NCBI GenBank assembly: GCA_038087875.1
Contig: JAXLNO010000315.1
Location: 1 to 64,000, forward strand
DNA from: Malacoraja senta
Taxonomy: Eukaryota
Reading direction: 5' to 3'
Length of the DNA stretch: 64,000 bases
In this document: positions 1-11,039 of the stretch, piece by piece
Numbering within the stretch: position 1 is the stretch's first letter
How the letters are laid out: every line of letters starts with the position of its first letter
Position numbers and translations under genes: made by a program
The notes under the pieces: model-generated
The model's input: only the letters and a program-made list of their open reading frames with translations
Database searches by the model: none
Told to the model about the DNA's origin: nothing

Positions 1-437
1 CTCTCCCCCCTCTCTCTCCCCCTCCTCTCTCTCTCCCCATCCTCTCTCTTTCTCTCCCCCTCTTCTTTCTCTCCCCCTCTTCTTTCTCTCCCCCTCTTCT
101 TTCTCTCCCCCTCTTCTTTCTCTCCCCCTCTTCTTTCTCTCCCCCTCTCTTTCTCTCCCACTCTCTCTCTCTCCCCCTCCTCTCTCTCCCCCCCTCTCTC
201 TCTCCCCCCCTCCTCTCTCTCTCTCTCCCCCCCTCTCTCTCCCCCTCCTCTCTCTCTCTCCCCCCTCCTCTCTCCCCCCCTTCCTCTCTCTCCCCCCTCC
301 CGCTCTCTCTTCCCCATCCTCTCTTTCTCTCCCCCTCTCTTTCTCTCCCCTCCTCTCTCTCTCCCTCCCTCTCTCCCCCTTCCTCTCTCCCCCCTCCTCT
401 CTCTCTCTCACCCCCCTCCTCTCTCTCCCCCTCCTCT
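1..437. repeat. CT-rich (polypyrimidine) microsatellite/low-complexity array, left part
   Basis: Almost purely C/T; resumes at 3660-4020 after the LINE. Confidence 0.95.
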
Positions 438-3400
438 CAATTCAATTCAATTAAAACTTTATTGGCATGATACAAAAAACATTGTTATATTGCCAAAGTA
501 TGAAACATGACATACATATTTAAGATGCATAAGTATAAATACAAGTATACAGTGCATAGATAGATATGTCCCTGTACATAAACTCGCAAGAGGCCTATAG
601 CCTTTTATTGATTGCTACACGTTCTTGTAGCTGTAATCAGTACAACAGGATAGCTAATTTAGCAATTCAATATTAATTTCTTAGTGTCAGTTAATGTCAA
701 TTAGTGTGTGCGTACATATGTGCATATTGGTCATTCACCGTCTCTCAGGTTATGGCATGCTGTTACGTATTGTGCACCAAGATGTGCCGTATTTCCTTCA
801 CCAAGGATTATTCTTAGTTTCGATGTATCATCGAGTTCCTTAAAGTCAGGGGTTGCCTGACTGAGTTTGTCAAAGTATGTTTTCCTTGTTTTGTCAAATT
901 TTTTGCATTTTAGAAGGAATTGCATCTCCGTTTCAACCTCATCTGTCAAACAGTGGCCACATATTCTGTTTTCTCTTGGTTGCCAGAATCTCTTCTGTCT
1001 TCCTTTTTCAACTGCCAAATTGTGGTCACTTAGCCTGTATTTGGTGAGGGTCTGTCTGTTTTATGTCTCTAACAGTTGAGAGATAGTCTGCCAATTTATA
1101 ATCTCTTTTTAGGGCACGGTAGCATTCTAATCTGCTTTGGCTTTTGGTTTCTTTATCCCAATGTTCCAAATATGTTTCTTTACATTGTTTGATAATTTGG
1201 TTCACTCTAACTGGTGATTGGGGATAAGTATTGATCTGAGGCTGGTTAGGATTTAACTGGATAGGGTTTAACTGAATGGGGGTAGTTAGTCTCCGTACCA
1301 AATGACACAGGGAACTCTTTTCTGGGCTCCCCTCTTGTGTTTTATGGGCTTTAAACTGGAGGGTATCTGGTGGGCTAGATTTAAGGTGATTCCAAAAATT
1401 TAGTGCTCTTTTCTGGATATTTATTAACAGTGGGTATCTGCCTAATTCTGCCCTACATGCGTTTGTTGGTGTTTTCCTTTTGGACGCGGAGGATGTTCCG
1501 ACAAAATTCCGCATGCAGGGCCTCCGTTGTATGTTTTTCCCATTTACTATAACTATGGTGACTGAGCGGCCCCCATACTTCACTACCATAAAGCGCAATA
1601 GGCTGGATTACACTGTCAAATATTTTAAGCCAGATTTTAATGGGAATTTGGATGTTGTAGAATCTTCTTTTTATTGCATACAGAGCTCTTCGGGCTTTCT
1701 CTTTTAGTGCATTCACTGCCATATTGAAGCTCCCTGATGCTGCAACAGTTAGACCAAGGTAAGTATAGCTCATAGTGTGTTCGATAATAACACCATTGAG
1801 AGTAAATTTGTACTTATCTTCCTGACATCTGGGTTTTTTCTGGAAAATCATGATATTGGTTTTCTTTAGATTTACTGCCAGGGCCCAATTTTGGCAGTAC
1901 TCATCAAGTAGGTCCAACTGTTGCTGCAGTCCCTGTTCTGTGGGGGACAGCAGAACCAAGTCATCCGCATAAAACAGAGATTTTACCTCTCCGTCCAGGA
2001 GACAGAGGCCCGGCGCAGTGCTCTGGTCCAGCTTTATTGCCAAATCGTTTATATATAAATTAAACAGTGTCGGGCTCAGATTGCAGCCTTGCCGGACGCC
2101 TCTTCTCTGGGTGAAGAGATCAGTGCGTTTGTCCCCAATTTTAACGCCACATTTATTATTCAGATACATTGATTTGATAAGGTCATATACCTTTCCTCCT
2201 ATACCACAACAGAGGAGTTTGTAGTAGAGCCCTTCATGCCAAATAGAGTCAAATGCTTTCTCAAAGTCAATAAAACAGGCAAATATTTTTCCATTTTTTG
2301 CTTGGTGTACATGTTTTCCAATGAGAGTGTGGAGGGTGTAAATGTGGTCAGTGGTACGATGTTTTGGGAGGAAGCCAATTTGGTTTTTACTGAGAATGTT
2401 GTGTTTGTTAAGGAAATCCTGCATTCTGTTATTTATGATACTGCAGAATAACTTCCCTAGGCAGCTACTGACACAGATGCCGCGGTAGTTATTTGGGTCT
2501 AGTTTGTTTCCACTCTTATAAATGGGTGAAATAAGCCCTTGGCACCAAATATCAGGGAAATAACCTGAACGTAGTATGATGTTGAACAGCCTAAGTACTA
2601 TGTCCTGCATCTCCGGAGTGCTGTATTTGAGCATTTCATTTTTAATGCTATCTGGACCACAGGCTTTCTTTGAGTGAAGAGATTTTATTTTTAAGGTCAG
2701 TTCTTCCAAAGTAATTGGGAAATCAAGGGGGTTTTGATAATCCTTGATTACTATTTCTAGTGTTTGGAGTTTTTCTTTGATATGAGAGTGATTTGAGTTT
2801 ATTTTATTTATTGGGATGTCTTTATATAGATTTTTGAAGTGTGCTCTCCAGATATCACCGTCTTGAATTGGTAATGTTTGTAGTTTTGTTGTGCTCATGT
2901 TATTCCACATATCCCAAAATTGGTTTTGATTTATGGAATTTTCAATTTCTTCGTCTTTTGTGAGTGTGATTTTGTCTTTTGTTCCTAATCGTGTGTTTAT
3001 ACCTTTTAAGAGTTTCATTATATCTAATGCGTAAGTCTGGATTGTTTGGTTGACGGTGTTTTTGGTTCGATATTTTCCTCAGATCTTTTCTGACATTCTT
3101 ACACTCGTAGTCGAACCATTTTTCATGGTTGTTTTTTTTGATAATTTTTCTCTTCTGTTTCACAAGGTCAGATTTAATAGCTGCCTTGTGAAAGATCATA
3201 TTAATGTCCTTTATAGCCATGTTTACACCATCTCTAGTAGTCTCATATGGGTTTGTCTTGAATTTCAATATTTTATTTGTGAGATCAGGTGAATTCAGGG
3301 CCACGATGAATTTATCTCCACTGTCTGAAGCCCATCTGTAAGTCTGATTTAGTTTATACAGCTTACTTGGTTCCTTTTTTACGTCTTTAGTTTGAACAGG

Positions 3401-3660
3401 AAATTTTAGGTACACATTGATTTGACTATGGTCTGAAAGAGGGGACTGCTGCCTAACAGTGAATGCACTGATAGTGCAGGGGTCTATGTCAGTAATTGCG
3501 TAGTCTACCACGCTAGACCCAAGAGATGAGGAATATGTAAACCTTCCCATCGAGTCCCCTCTGAGCCTACCATTAACTATGTACAGGCCCAAGGCTCGGC
3601 AGAGATGCACTACCTCTCTACCGCTTTTATTTATTTCACAGTCCAGGTTGTTCCGGTTCT
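438..3660 (-). mobile_element. 5'-truncated APE-RT LINE, RTE-X-like, frameshifted ORF2
   Basis: ORFs 2942..3610 (EN end: SVVDYAITD, SPLSDH), 1453..3018 (RT: FIDFEKAFDS, GVRQGCNLSP, FYADD), 1026..1598 and 731..1018 (C-terminal CxxC...E..FLLKC). AATAAA plus (TTGAA)n tail at 438-465. Clade call is from recall. Confidence 0.85.
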
Positions 3661-4020
3661 CTCTCTCTATCTCTATCTCTCTATCTCTCTTTCTCTCCCC
3701 CTCTCTCTCTCCCCCTCCTCTCTCTCTCCCCCCTCCTCTCTCTCTCTCTCTCCCCCTCCTCTCTCTCTCTCCCCCTCCTCTCTCTCTCTCCCCCTCCTCT
3801 CTCTCTCTCCCCCACCTCTCTCTCTCTCTCCCCCAACTCTCTCTCTATCCCCCCCACCTATCTCTCCCCCCTCCTCTTCCCCTCCCCCCTCCCTGTTCCC
3901 CCCCCCCTGTTCCCCTGCTCCCTGTTCCCCCCTCCCTGTTCCTCCCACTCCCTGTTCCTCCCCCTCCCTGTTCCCCCTCTCCCCCCATCTCTCTTTGCCC
4001 TCACTCTCTACCCCCCCCCT
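3660..4020. repeat. CT-rich array, right part
   Basis: Same composition as 1-437. Confidence 0.95.
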
Positions 4021-4247
4021 CTCTAGACGAGCCTGCGAGTTGGGGACTATGCGTCAGTAAATAGGGCGGTTATGGGGTAATAGGAGCAAATTAATAACAT
4101 TAATATATTGACAAGGGGGGTAGTTAGCGCGTGTGCGGGGGGGGGGTAGTTAGTGTGTGGGGGTGGTTAATGTGTGTGACGCCACATGCCGCCCCCCCGC
4201 AACTGCACGTTGGGCGAACAGACCCAACGGGTCTGCACCTGGTCTAG
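4021..4247 (+). mobile_element. Helitron-type 3' terminus (non-autonomous)
   Basis: Hairpin CAGACCC-AAC-GGGTCTG (4219-4235), 8 nt spacer, CTAG (4244-4247) followed by T. Confidence 0.65.
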
Positions 4248-4271
4248 TTCTCCTTAATTCTACCACAACCA

Positions 4272-4740
4272 ATGAAGAAGCTGCTAAAGCTATTGCCAAC
4301 CTCTCAGAAGCTGTACCTCATACAAAACCACTTTAAACTGGGTCCAACATACAAATATGGTGCCTTGTATAAGAATGGATGCTGGCGAATATTTAACCCT
4401 GACTGGTTTCGAGCACATCCCTGGCTTGTATATAGCGATTATGTGGATGGCGTCTTTTGCCTACCTTGTGCCTTGTTTGTGAACAACAGGAAATCACTTG
4501 TCGTCAAGTCAAGGTAAGTCGAGTCTATTTGTCACATATACATACAAGATGTGCAGTAAAATGAAAGTGGCAATGCTTGCGGATTGTGCAAAACAACGGA
4601 ACAGGTGCTCCTGAATGTATATTGCCATTTACCACTACTACTAACGCAAGGGCATTCGTTGGCCTTGCCCTGTAAACCAACCCTGGTTCTGCAAATCCTG
4701 TCATGCCACCCCCCTTTTTGAAAAGCTTCGTACGGGCCTG
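4272..4740 (+). mobile_element. hAT transposon remnant: TTF-type zinc finger fragment and right terminus
   Basis: ORF 4272..4517 FNPDWFRAHPWLVYSDYVDGVFCLPCALF; terminus-like CGTACGGGCCTG ending at 4740. Confidence 0.7.
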
Positions 4741-5229
4741 ATGTAGCAGTTAAAAGTGACAGTTAACACATCGTTTTTGTGAGACAGAGGAATGAAGTGA
4801 TGAACGACTCGAATCGTTCTGCAGTACACTACTCATTAAACCCGACACAATACTTTGCAAAGCTTGTAATGAATATGGAATGGATGAGTGTTTATCATTA
4901 ACAAAGGATGACATTTTCAGTCTTTTCTTTTCAGAGTCTAATTCTTTTGAGAGTCTGAGCTAGCTAACCATGCACGTGGCCGTGACTCCACAACGCGCGG
5001 TCGGATGGGAACTGATTGCAAAATACATGTTGCACAAAACATGGGGGGATCGTCTCCCACCTCTGAAAACATGGAGGGGACATGTCCCCCCGGGGTTTCC
5101 GCCCTTGGGTGGTACTGGCTGGCTACCTGTTGATCCAGGCACAGGAGGTACTGGCTCGCTACCTGTTGATCGAGGCACTGGAGATGTGGTAGTTATGGGT
5201 CCAGATGGCATATTGGCTGATGAGGGAGT

Positions 5230-5847
5230 TATAATAATAATATATCTTTATTGTCATTGCACAGAGGTACAACGAGATTTGGAATGCAACTTCCATCCGA
5301 TGTAATAACTTAATTAGCTAAAAATTTAGACACCCAGAGAAACAAGATTTAAAAAACAGTTAAAGCAGTATAAAGTGCAAATAGGTCTGTGCCGGGTCGA
5401 TGAGTGACCTGACCATCCGAAGGAGACAGTTCATGGGGGAGGGGGGGGGGGGGCACTCAGCAGGACTGGTTCAGAGCAGCTATAGCTCTGGGGATGAAGC
5501 TGTTCCTAAGTCTGGAGGTGCGGGCGTAGAAGGCCTTGTAACGTCTGCCGGATGGTAGAGGTTCGAACAGACTATTGCAAGGGTGTGAGGAGTCTTTATG
5601 AATGCTGATGGCCTTCCTGAGGCACCGTGTATTGTAGATGCCCTCCAAGGCTGGTAGCTGTCCCAATGATCCTCTGCACCCTGTGGACGACCCGCTGAAG
5701 AGCTCTCCTCTCCGCCTCCGTGCAGCTGAGATACCACACAGAGATGCCATACGTTAGTATGCTCTCTGTGGTGCAGCAGTAGAAGGTTGTCAGCAGACCA
5801 GTCTCTTTCAGTGTTCTCAGGCAGAACAGTCGTTGCTGTGCCTTCTT
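5230..5847 (-). mobile_element. Rex1/Babar LINE, 3' part (split by L1)
   Basis: DSSHPCNSLFEPLPSGRRY..RLRNSFIPRAI motif; (TAT)n tail; same tail family recurs at 63836-64000. Confidence 0.9.
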
Positions 5848-6129
5848 TTTTAATTTTTTTTAGAAGCATATACATATAATATCAAAACATGATTTGTTTA
5901 CCAATTACATACATACAAAGCTTCTATTTTTTATAAATAATTTTGAAAGATAGAGCTGTAGAGAAAGAAAGAAATAAGAGGAAAAAAACTAAACTAATAG
6001 AGAGGGGAGGGTAAACACAAAGGAAATTACCAATAACACGGTTTTGGAGATAGGTCCGTAGGTTATAAGGTGTAATTATTCATCCAGTCCTGAACTCAAG
6101 TTTAAGTCCAGCTTCCGTGTTGAACCAAT

Positions 6130-8340
6130 TTACCTTTTTAGAAAATCAATAAATGGAGACCATATTCTATCAAATAGTTCTGATTTGTCAATTAAGACAA
6201 GTCTAATTTTTTCCAAGTGTAAGGTCTCAGACATTTCCGTAATCCACATTTTAATTGTGGGGGTTGTTGGGTTTTTCCAAAATTTTAGTATTCATTTTTT
6301 CCCAATTATTATACTATAATCAAGAAAATGTCTTTGATTTATTGTGAGTTTTATACTTTGTTCTGATATTCCTAATATTATTAGTTTTGGATCAGGATCA
6401 AATTGAATGTTAACAACTTCAGAGATAATTTAAAAAATATCCATCCAAAATTTTTAAATTTTTATGCAGTTTACAAAGGTATGAGTTAAGTTAGCTTCTA
6501 GGCATTGACATTTATCACAGATAGGAGAGATATTTGGAAAAATGCTTTTTAATTTTGTTTTGGAGTAGTGTAATCTATGTAGTACTTTGAATATCTGAAT
6601 GAATAAATGAATAGTTTATGAATGAATAGTTTATTTCGGTCATACATTAAAAAGAACAAAACTTTACAATCTGTGTGAATATGAACCAACACTGTATCCA
6701 TTTCACACAACGTTCACATAATCAATGGAATAGGCTGATGCCACAAAGCTTATTTTTGCATATCCTTTGAATTGTATTTTGCATATCCTTTTGCATATCC
6801 TTTTGCATATCCTTTAAAGAGTGTCTGGCGTTTAACGAACAATGATGTATATGTTGTAAACTTTCATCCCATATATCTTTCGTTATGGGTTGAGCCAATT
6901 CATTTCCCCATGCTTGTCTGTGCTTCCGTCGATGGGACCTCAATATCTAAAAGGATATTATAGATGTAGGATATTAATTGATCTGTATTAGGGTGTTTAT
7001 TCAAACATTCATCAAGTATTTCTGGATCCCTAATTCTATATTCTTGTGTATGTGATTTTACATAATCTCTAAGTTGCAAATATCTAAAAAAAATATTTGG
7101 GTGTAGTCCAGAATTCTGTTGTAGCTCCTGAAATGAAAGAAAAATACCCTTTCAATAAAGGTGTCCTACCATTTTAATTCCATGGGTTTTCCATTGTGCA
7201 AAACCTTTATCTAACATGGAAGTTTAAATGAAGGGTTATTTACAATAGGGAGAAACATAGAAAATAGGTGCAGGAGTAGGCCATTCGGCCCTTCGAGCCT
7301 GCACCATTCAATATGATCATGGCTGATCATCCAACTCAGTATCCCATCCCTGCCTTCTCTCCATACCCCCTGATCCCTTTAGCCACAAGGGCCACATCTA
7401 ACTCCCTCTTAAATATAGCCAATGAACTGGCCTCAACTACCTTCTGTGGCAGAGAATTCCACAGATTCACCACTCTCTGTGTAAAAAATGATTTTCTCAT
7501 CTCGGTCCTAAAAGACTTCCCTCTTATCCTTAAACTGTGACCCCTAGTTCTGGACTTCCCCAACATCGGGAATAATCTTCCTGCATCTAGCCTGTCCAAC
7601 CCCTTAAGAATTTTGTAAGTTTCTTTAAGATCCCCCCTCAATCTTCTAAATTCTAACGTGTACAAGCCAAGTCTATCCAGTCTTTCTTCATATGAAAGTC
7701 CTGCCATCCCAGGAATCAGTCTGGTGAACCTTCTCTGTACTCTCTGAAGGAGTGATAGATTATCCAATTCTAAAGTCTTTTTTAATTGTTTCCAAGTTCG
7801 TGTACCACTATCTATTATCGGATTTCCACTATAAGTTTTTTCATTCAATTTTGTAGGGGTTAACAAAATCGAGTCAATTTCAAAAGGTAAACAGTCTTAC
7901 TTTTCCATCTTTAACCAATCTGGTTGTTGATCCATATCCTCCAACCAGAAGGACATGTTTTTAATATTAACTGCCCAGAAATAAAATAGAAAATTTGGTA
8001 AGTCTAATCCTCCATTCATCTTGGGTTTACACGTGTTTTTTTACTTATTCTGTGGTTCTTGTAGTCCCAAATAAAGCTTGTAACAATAGAATCAAGTTTA
8101 AAAAAAAAAAATTTGGAAGATATTTTCGAATATTTTCCAATATTGAATATTCTTACGTAGTTTATATTCGTAGAGGAGGAAAGTTTAATTTAAATAAAGA
8201 AGTATATTTCTTAATCACATAATTCCAAGATATTTAAACTTTTCGTATACTATTTTAAAAGGAGATTGTTGCAATATATGTGGGTTTGGTTCCGTTATTG
8301 ACATAATTTCACTTTTATTCCAATTAATTCTATATCCCGA
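6130..8340 (-). pseudogene. L1 ORF2 C-terminal part
   Basis: SGYRINWNKSEI (end of RT) at 8340; CDKCQCLEANLTHTFVNC zinc knuckle near 6500; frameshifts and small inserts. Confidence 0.85.
7251..7745 (-). mobile_element. CR1 LINE 3' fragment
   Basis: VQRRFTRLIPGM..FFTQRVVNLWNSLP; near-identical to the 3' end of 15577-18862. Confidence 0.95.
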
Positions 8341-8475
8341 GACCTGTTAATTACTTGCGTCCCAGGCAGTTTCGGTAAGCGATCTTGCAACAACTTCTAG
8401 TCGCACAAGTAATTACCTTATAGGTACAGACACAGATAGAATTCACAAGGTAACAAATACATACATTTTCCATCA
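8341..8475 (-). repeat. Truncated 3' LTR (start of U3)
   Basis: Begins TG right after the polypurine tract; ends abruptly on L1 sequence. Confidence 0.65.
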
Positions 8476-8756
8476 TTTTCCTCCTGTTTATACAAACCTA
8501 CTGAATTATAATCTAAAACAAATTTATGTCCTTCGAGTTGAAGTCCCCAAGTTTCTTCATGGAACCACATGTTCTCTTGACTTTCTGTAGTTCGATCATT
8601 CGTGAGGATTCAATCAGTCAGGAATGTTTCTCTCAAGTCAATTTCATTGCATTCTCTTTCTTCTGCTTTGGTTGGTATTAGTTCGTATAACATAGTCATT
8701 TTCTTAGTGAGGGCTGTTTCAATCAGCCGCTGGGCGAGTCCTCTCACACAAGGGAT

Positions 8757-8987
8757 GATAGATAGATAGATAGATAGATAGATATGCCTTTATTGTCGTT
8801 CAGACCGAAGTCTGGACGAAATTGCAGCAGTCATACATATAATACAATAAAAACAACAATAAACACATATTAACATCCACCACAGTGAGTCCACCCAGCA
8901 TCTCCTCACTGTGATGGAGGCAAAAGTCTTAGGTCTGCAGTCTCTTCCCTCCTCTTCTCCCTCTGCGCTGAGGCGATACCCCCCGGG
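8757..8987 (-). mobile_element. Short non-coding retro-insert (SINE-like) with (CTAT)n tail, inside env
   Basis: AATAAA and (GATA)n; related to 53455-54195; env frame resumes on both sides. Confidence 0.7.
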
Positions 8988-9357
8988 CGATGATGCAGCA
9001 GCCCAGGCAGACCAGTACCCTTGCAATGACTATGAGAGCGGTTAGTGCAGAAATAACAACATTTTTCCATTTCCCGAACCATGAGTCCAGGAACCCTGTC
9101 CAGGAGGTGTCAACTCCCGAATTCTCAGCCAATTCCTCTGCCAGTGAAGTGAGTCCAGCCAGGGCAGTATTATTGGGAATAAAGGTGCAACAAGATGATC
9201 CGAACATTACACATACACCTCCCTTGTCTGCTAGTAGCATGTCCAATGCCATTTTATTCTGCCAGGCCATTAGACTGGTCCGATCTAGTTGTTCGGCTAA
9301 CCCTTTCACAGCATCTCTTGTATAATTGATAAATCGCTGCTGATTATAATATGTAAT

Positions 9358-9641
9358 CTTTCTCTTTCTCCTTCTTTTCTAGGGTCTATTTCTTAACTCT
9401 TTTACTTTTGTTTTTAATTTTGTTCTTATAGGGTCTTCGTCCTTTTTTGTTGTCACATTTTTTACACTCACTTTTTCCTTCACTTTCTTCTTTCTTTCAA
9501 TCTTATCTTTTCCTTTTACTAGTGTAAAAAACAAATGGAGTATATTAATTGTAAGAAGACATAAGTGACGAGTACTAATGTATGTGGTTGTAATGTAATG
9601 TACTTCTAATAAATAAAAAATTAAAAAAAAAAAAAAAAAAA
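9358..9641 (+). mobile_element. L1 3' UTR fragment with poly(A), inside env
   Basis: TSD ATGTAAT (9351-9357, 9642-9648); reverse-complement match to 14427-14730. Confidence 0.9.
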
Positions 9642-11039
9642 ATGTAATTTATCCAATCTACATTTTATTAATGGTTGACCACCAGAAGATGACAGACTCA
9701 GATCCTGCAGCTATCTGATTGCGTGCCTTAAATTCATCTGGAACCCCTCTGGGCACTCCAATTTCATCTACGTATATGTGTGCATCAAAAGAACCCTTAG
9801 CAAGTTCCCTTTTTATTCTATTCCCTCTCGGATTTCTCCTTCACATTTTGTAGTGTTACGAGAGTAAACGACATCATCAGCTGTATCAACGTACAGGTAC
9901 CTTTCCAGTTCTTAGGTAGCTTTGCCCTCAATATTCTCCCTCCACAGTACCACCAAACATCTGCCCTCCCGACCTCGTGTCCAACTAGAGCAGTTGCGTT
10001 CAACCCTGGCAAGGGGCTAGATGATAGTGCAGGGGTGGGGACGGAGACGTTTACTATAATCTTGCATAACTCCAGTGTTCCCAGCTCCTTATCTCCAAGA
10101 TCCCATCTAGTGAAACAATTACATTTTCCACTGGTTGGTATAGTGAATGGAGGTGGGATCATGTCCTTAACTACGGGGGGGGGGATAGAAAATGCAAATC
10201 TGTGCAATTCTTATTCTGTGGCTTGCGTTTACTAAGGTACAATGATAACATGCACTTGACTCCGCCTGGTGAGTTGGTAAAATTTAATGGGAAGGGTGTT
10301 GGAATAAGTTGTGGTTTTGCGGATGCACAAGCATAACAATCCGTCCTGTCTAAGGACTTAGCTGTGTAACAATCCATCCTGTCTAAGGACTTAGCTGTGT
10401 ATCCATTCCAGCCATGCATTATCATCCGTATATCCGGTCTCAATTTCCAGACTCTTCCAGAGGTCTGCTACTGGATGACTTTAATTACTTGTTCTCCTGT
10501 ATTTGGCGGTGCCCGAGTTTCCTTATCTACCTGGGGCCTTACTGTAACTTCAGTGTCTGCTGGTTCGACTACTCTCACTTCCAACTGGCTACAGGGATCC
10601 TTCCAACTAACTTCGACACACAGGTAATACCACCCTTCATCTTTCTTCTGGATGTTCCTCACGGTTATATATGTTTTCCAAGTAGGCTGTGTATTTCCCC
10701 ATCTTCCCCGGTTACTCCAGCCAGGGTTCGTATGGGTGTAGGACTTTCTTTTTAACGACCATCGCTGGTATTGCGCGATTCTGGTCTCTTTATAGCCTGA
10801 GGACTCAGAGTGTTGGAAAACATAATACCATTTCGAGCATGGTGCTAGACAGACATACACCCCATCCGTTACGTATGCTCTGTCCTCGCAACTGTCAGTT
10901 TTATACTGACATGGGTCAATTTCAAAAGTGCTAGTACTTCCTCGGGCCAGGTATATTGTATACTTCGCATATGCTGTGGTGATTAATGCAATTCCACTCA
11001 GAATAATCAGCCCCCACTTCATGGTTTTGGAGGTGTAGG

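Larger units (their letters stand above)
8645..11022 (-). pseudogene. env: Gamma-type envelope glycoprotein, disrupted
   Basis: Signal peptide MKWGLIILSGIALITTAYA; CYAC motif; furin-like NKR; ISD WQNKMALDMLLADKGGVC; CX6CC (CVMFGSSCC); TM helix; stops and two inserts. Confidence 0.92.

Noticed and set aside
3579..4064. Pro/Ser/Leu-rich and Glu/Arg/Gly-rich ORFs
   Set aside because: Translations of the CT microsatellite
8881..8887. V(D)J recombination signal heptamer CACAGTG (also 53579)
   Set aside because: No nonamer at 12 or 23 bp; part of a repeat's 3' hairpin
8645..11022. Syncytin-like co-opted env
   Set aside because: Multiple stops and two insertions in full-length env
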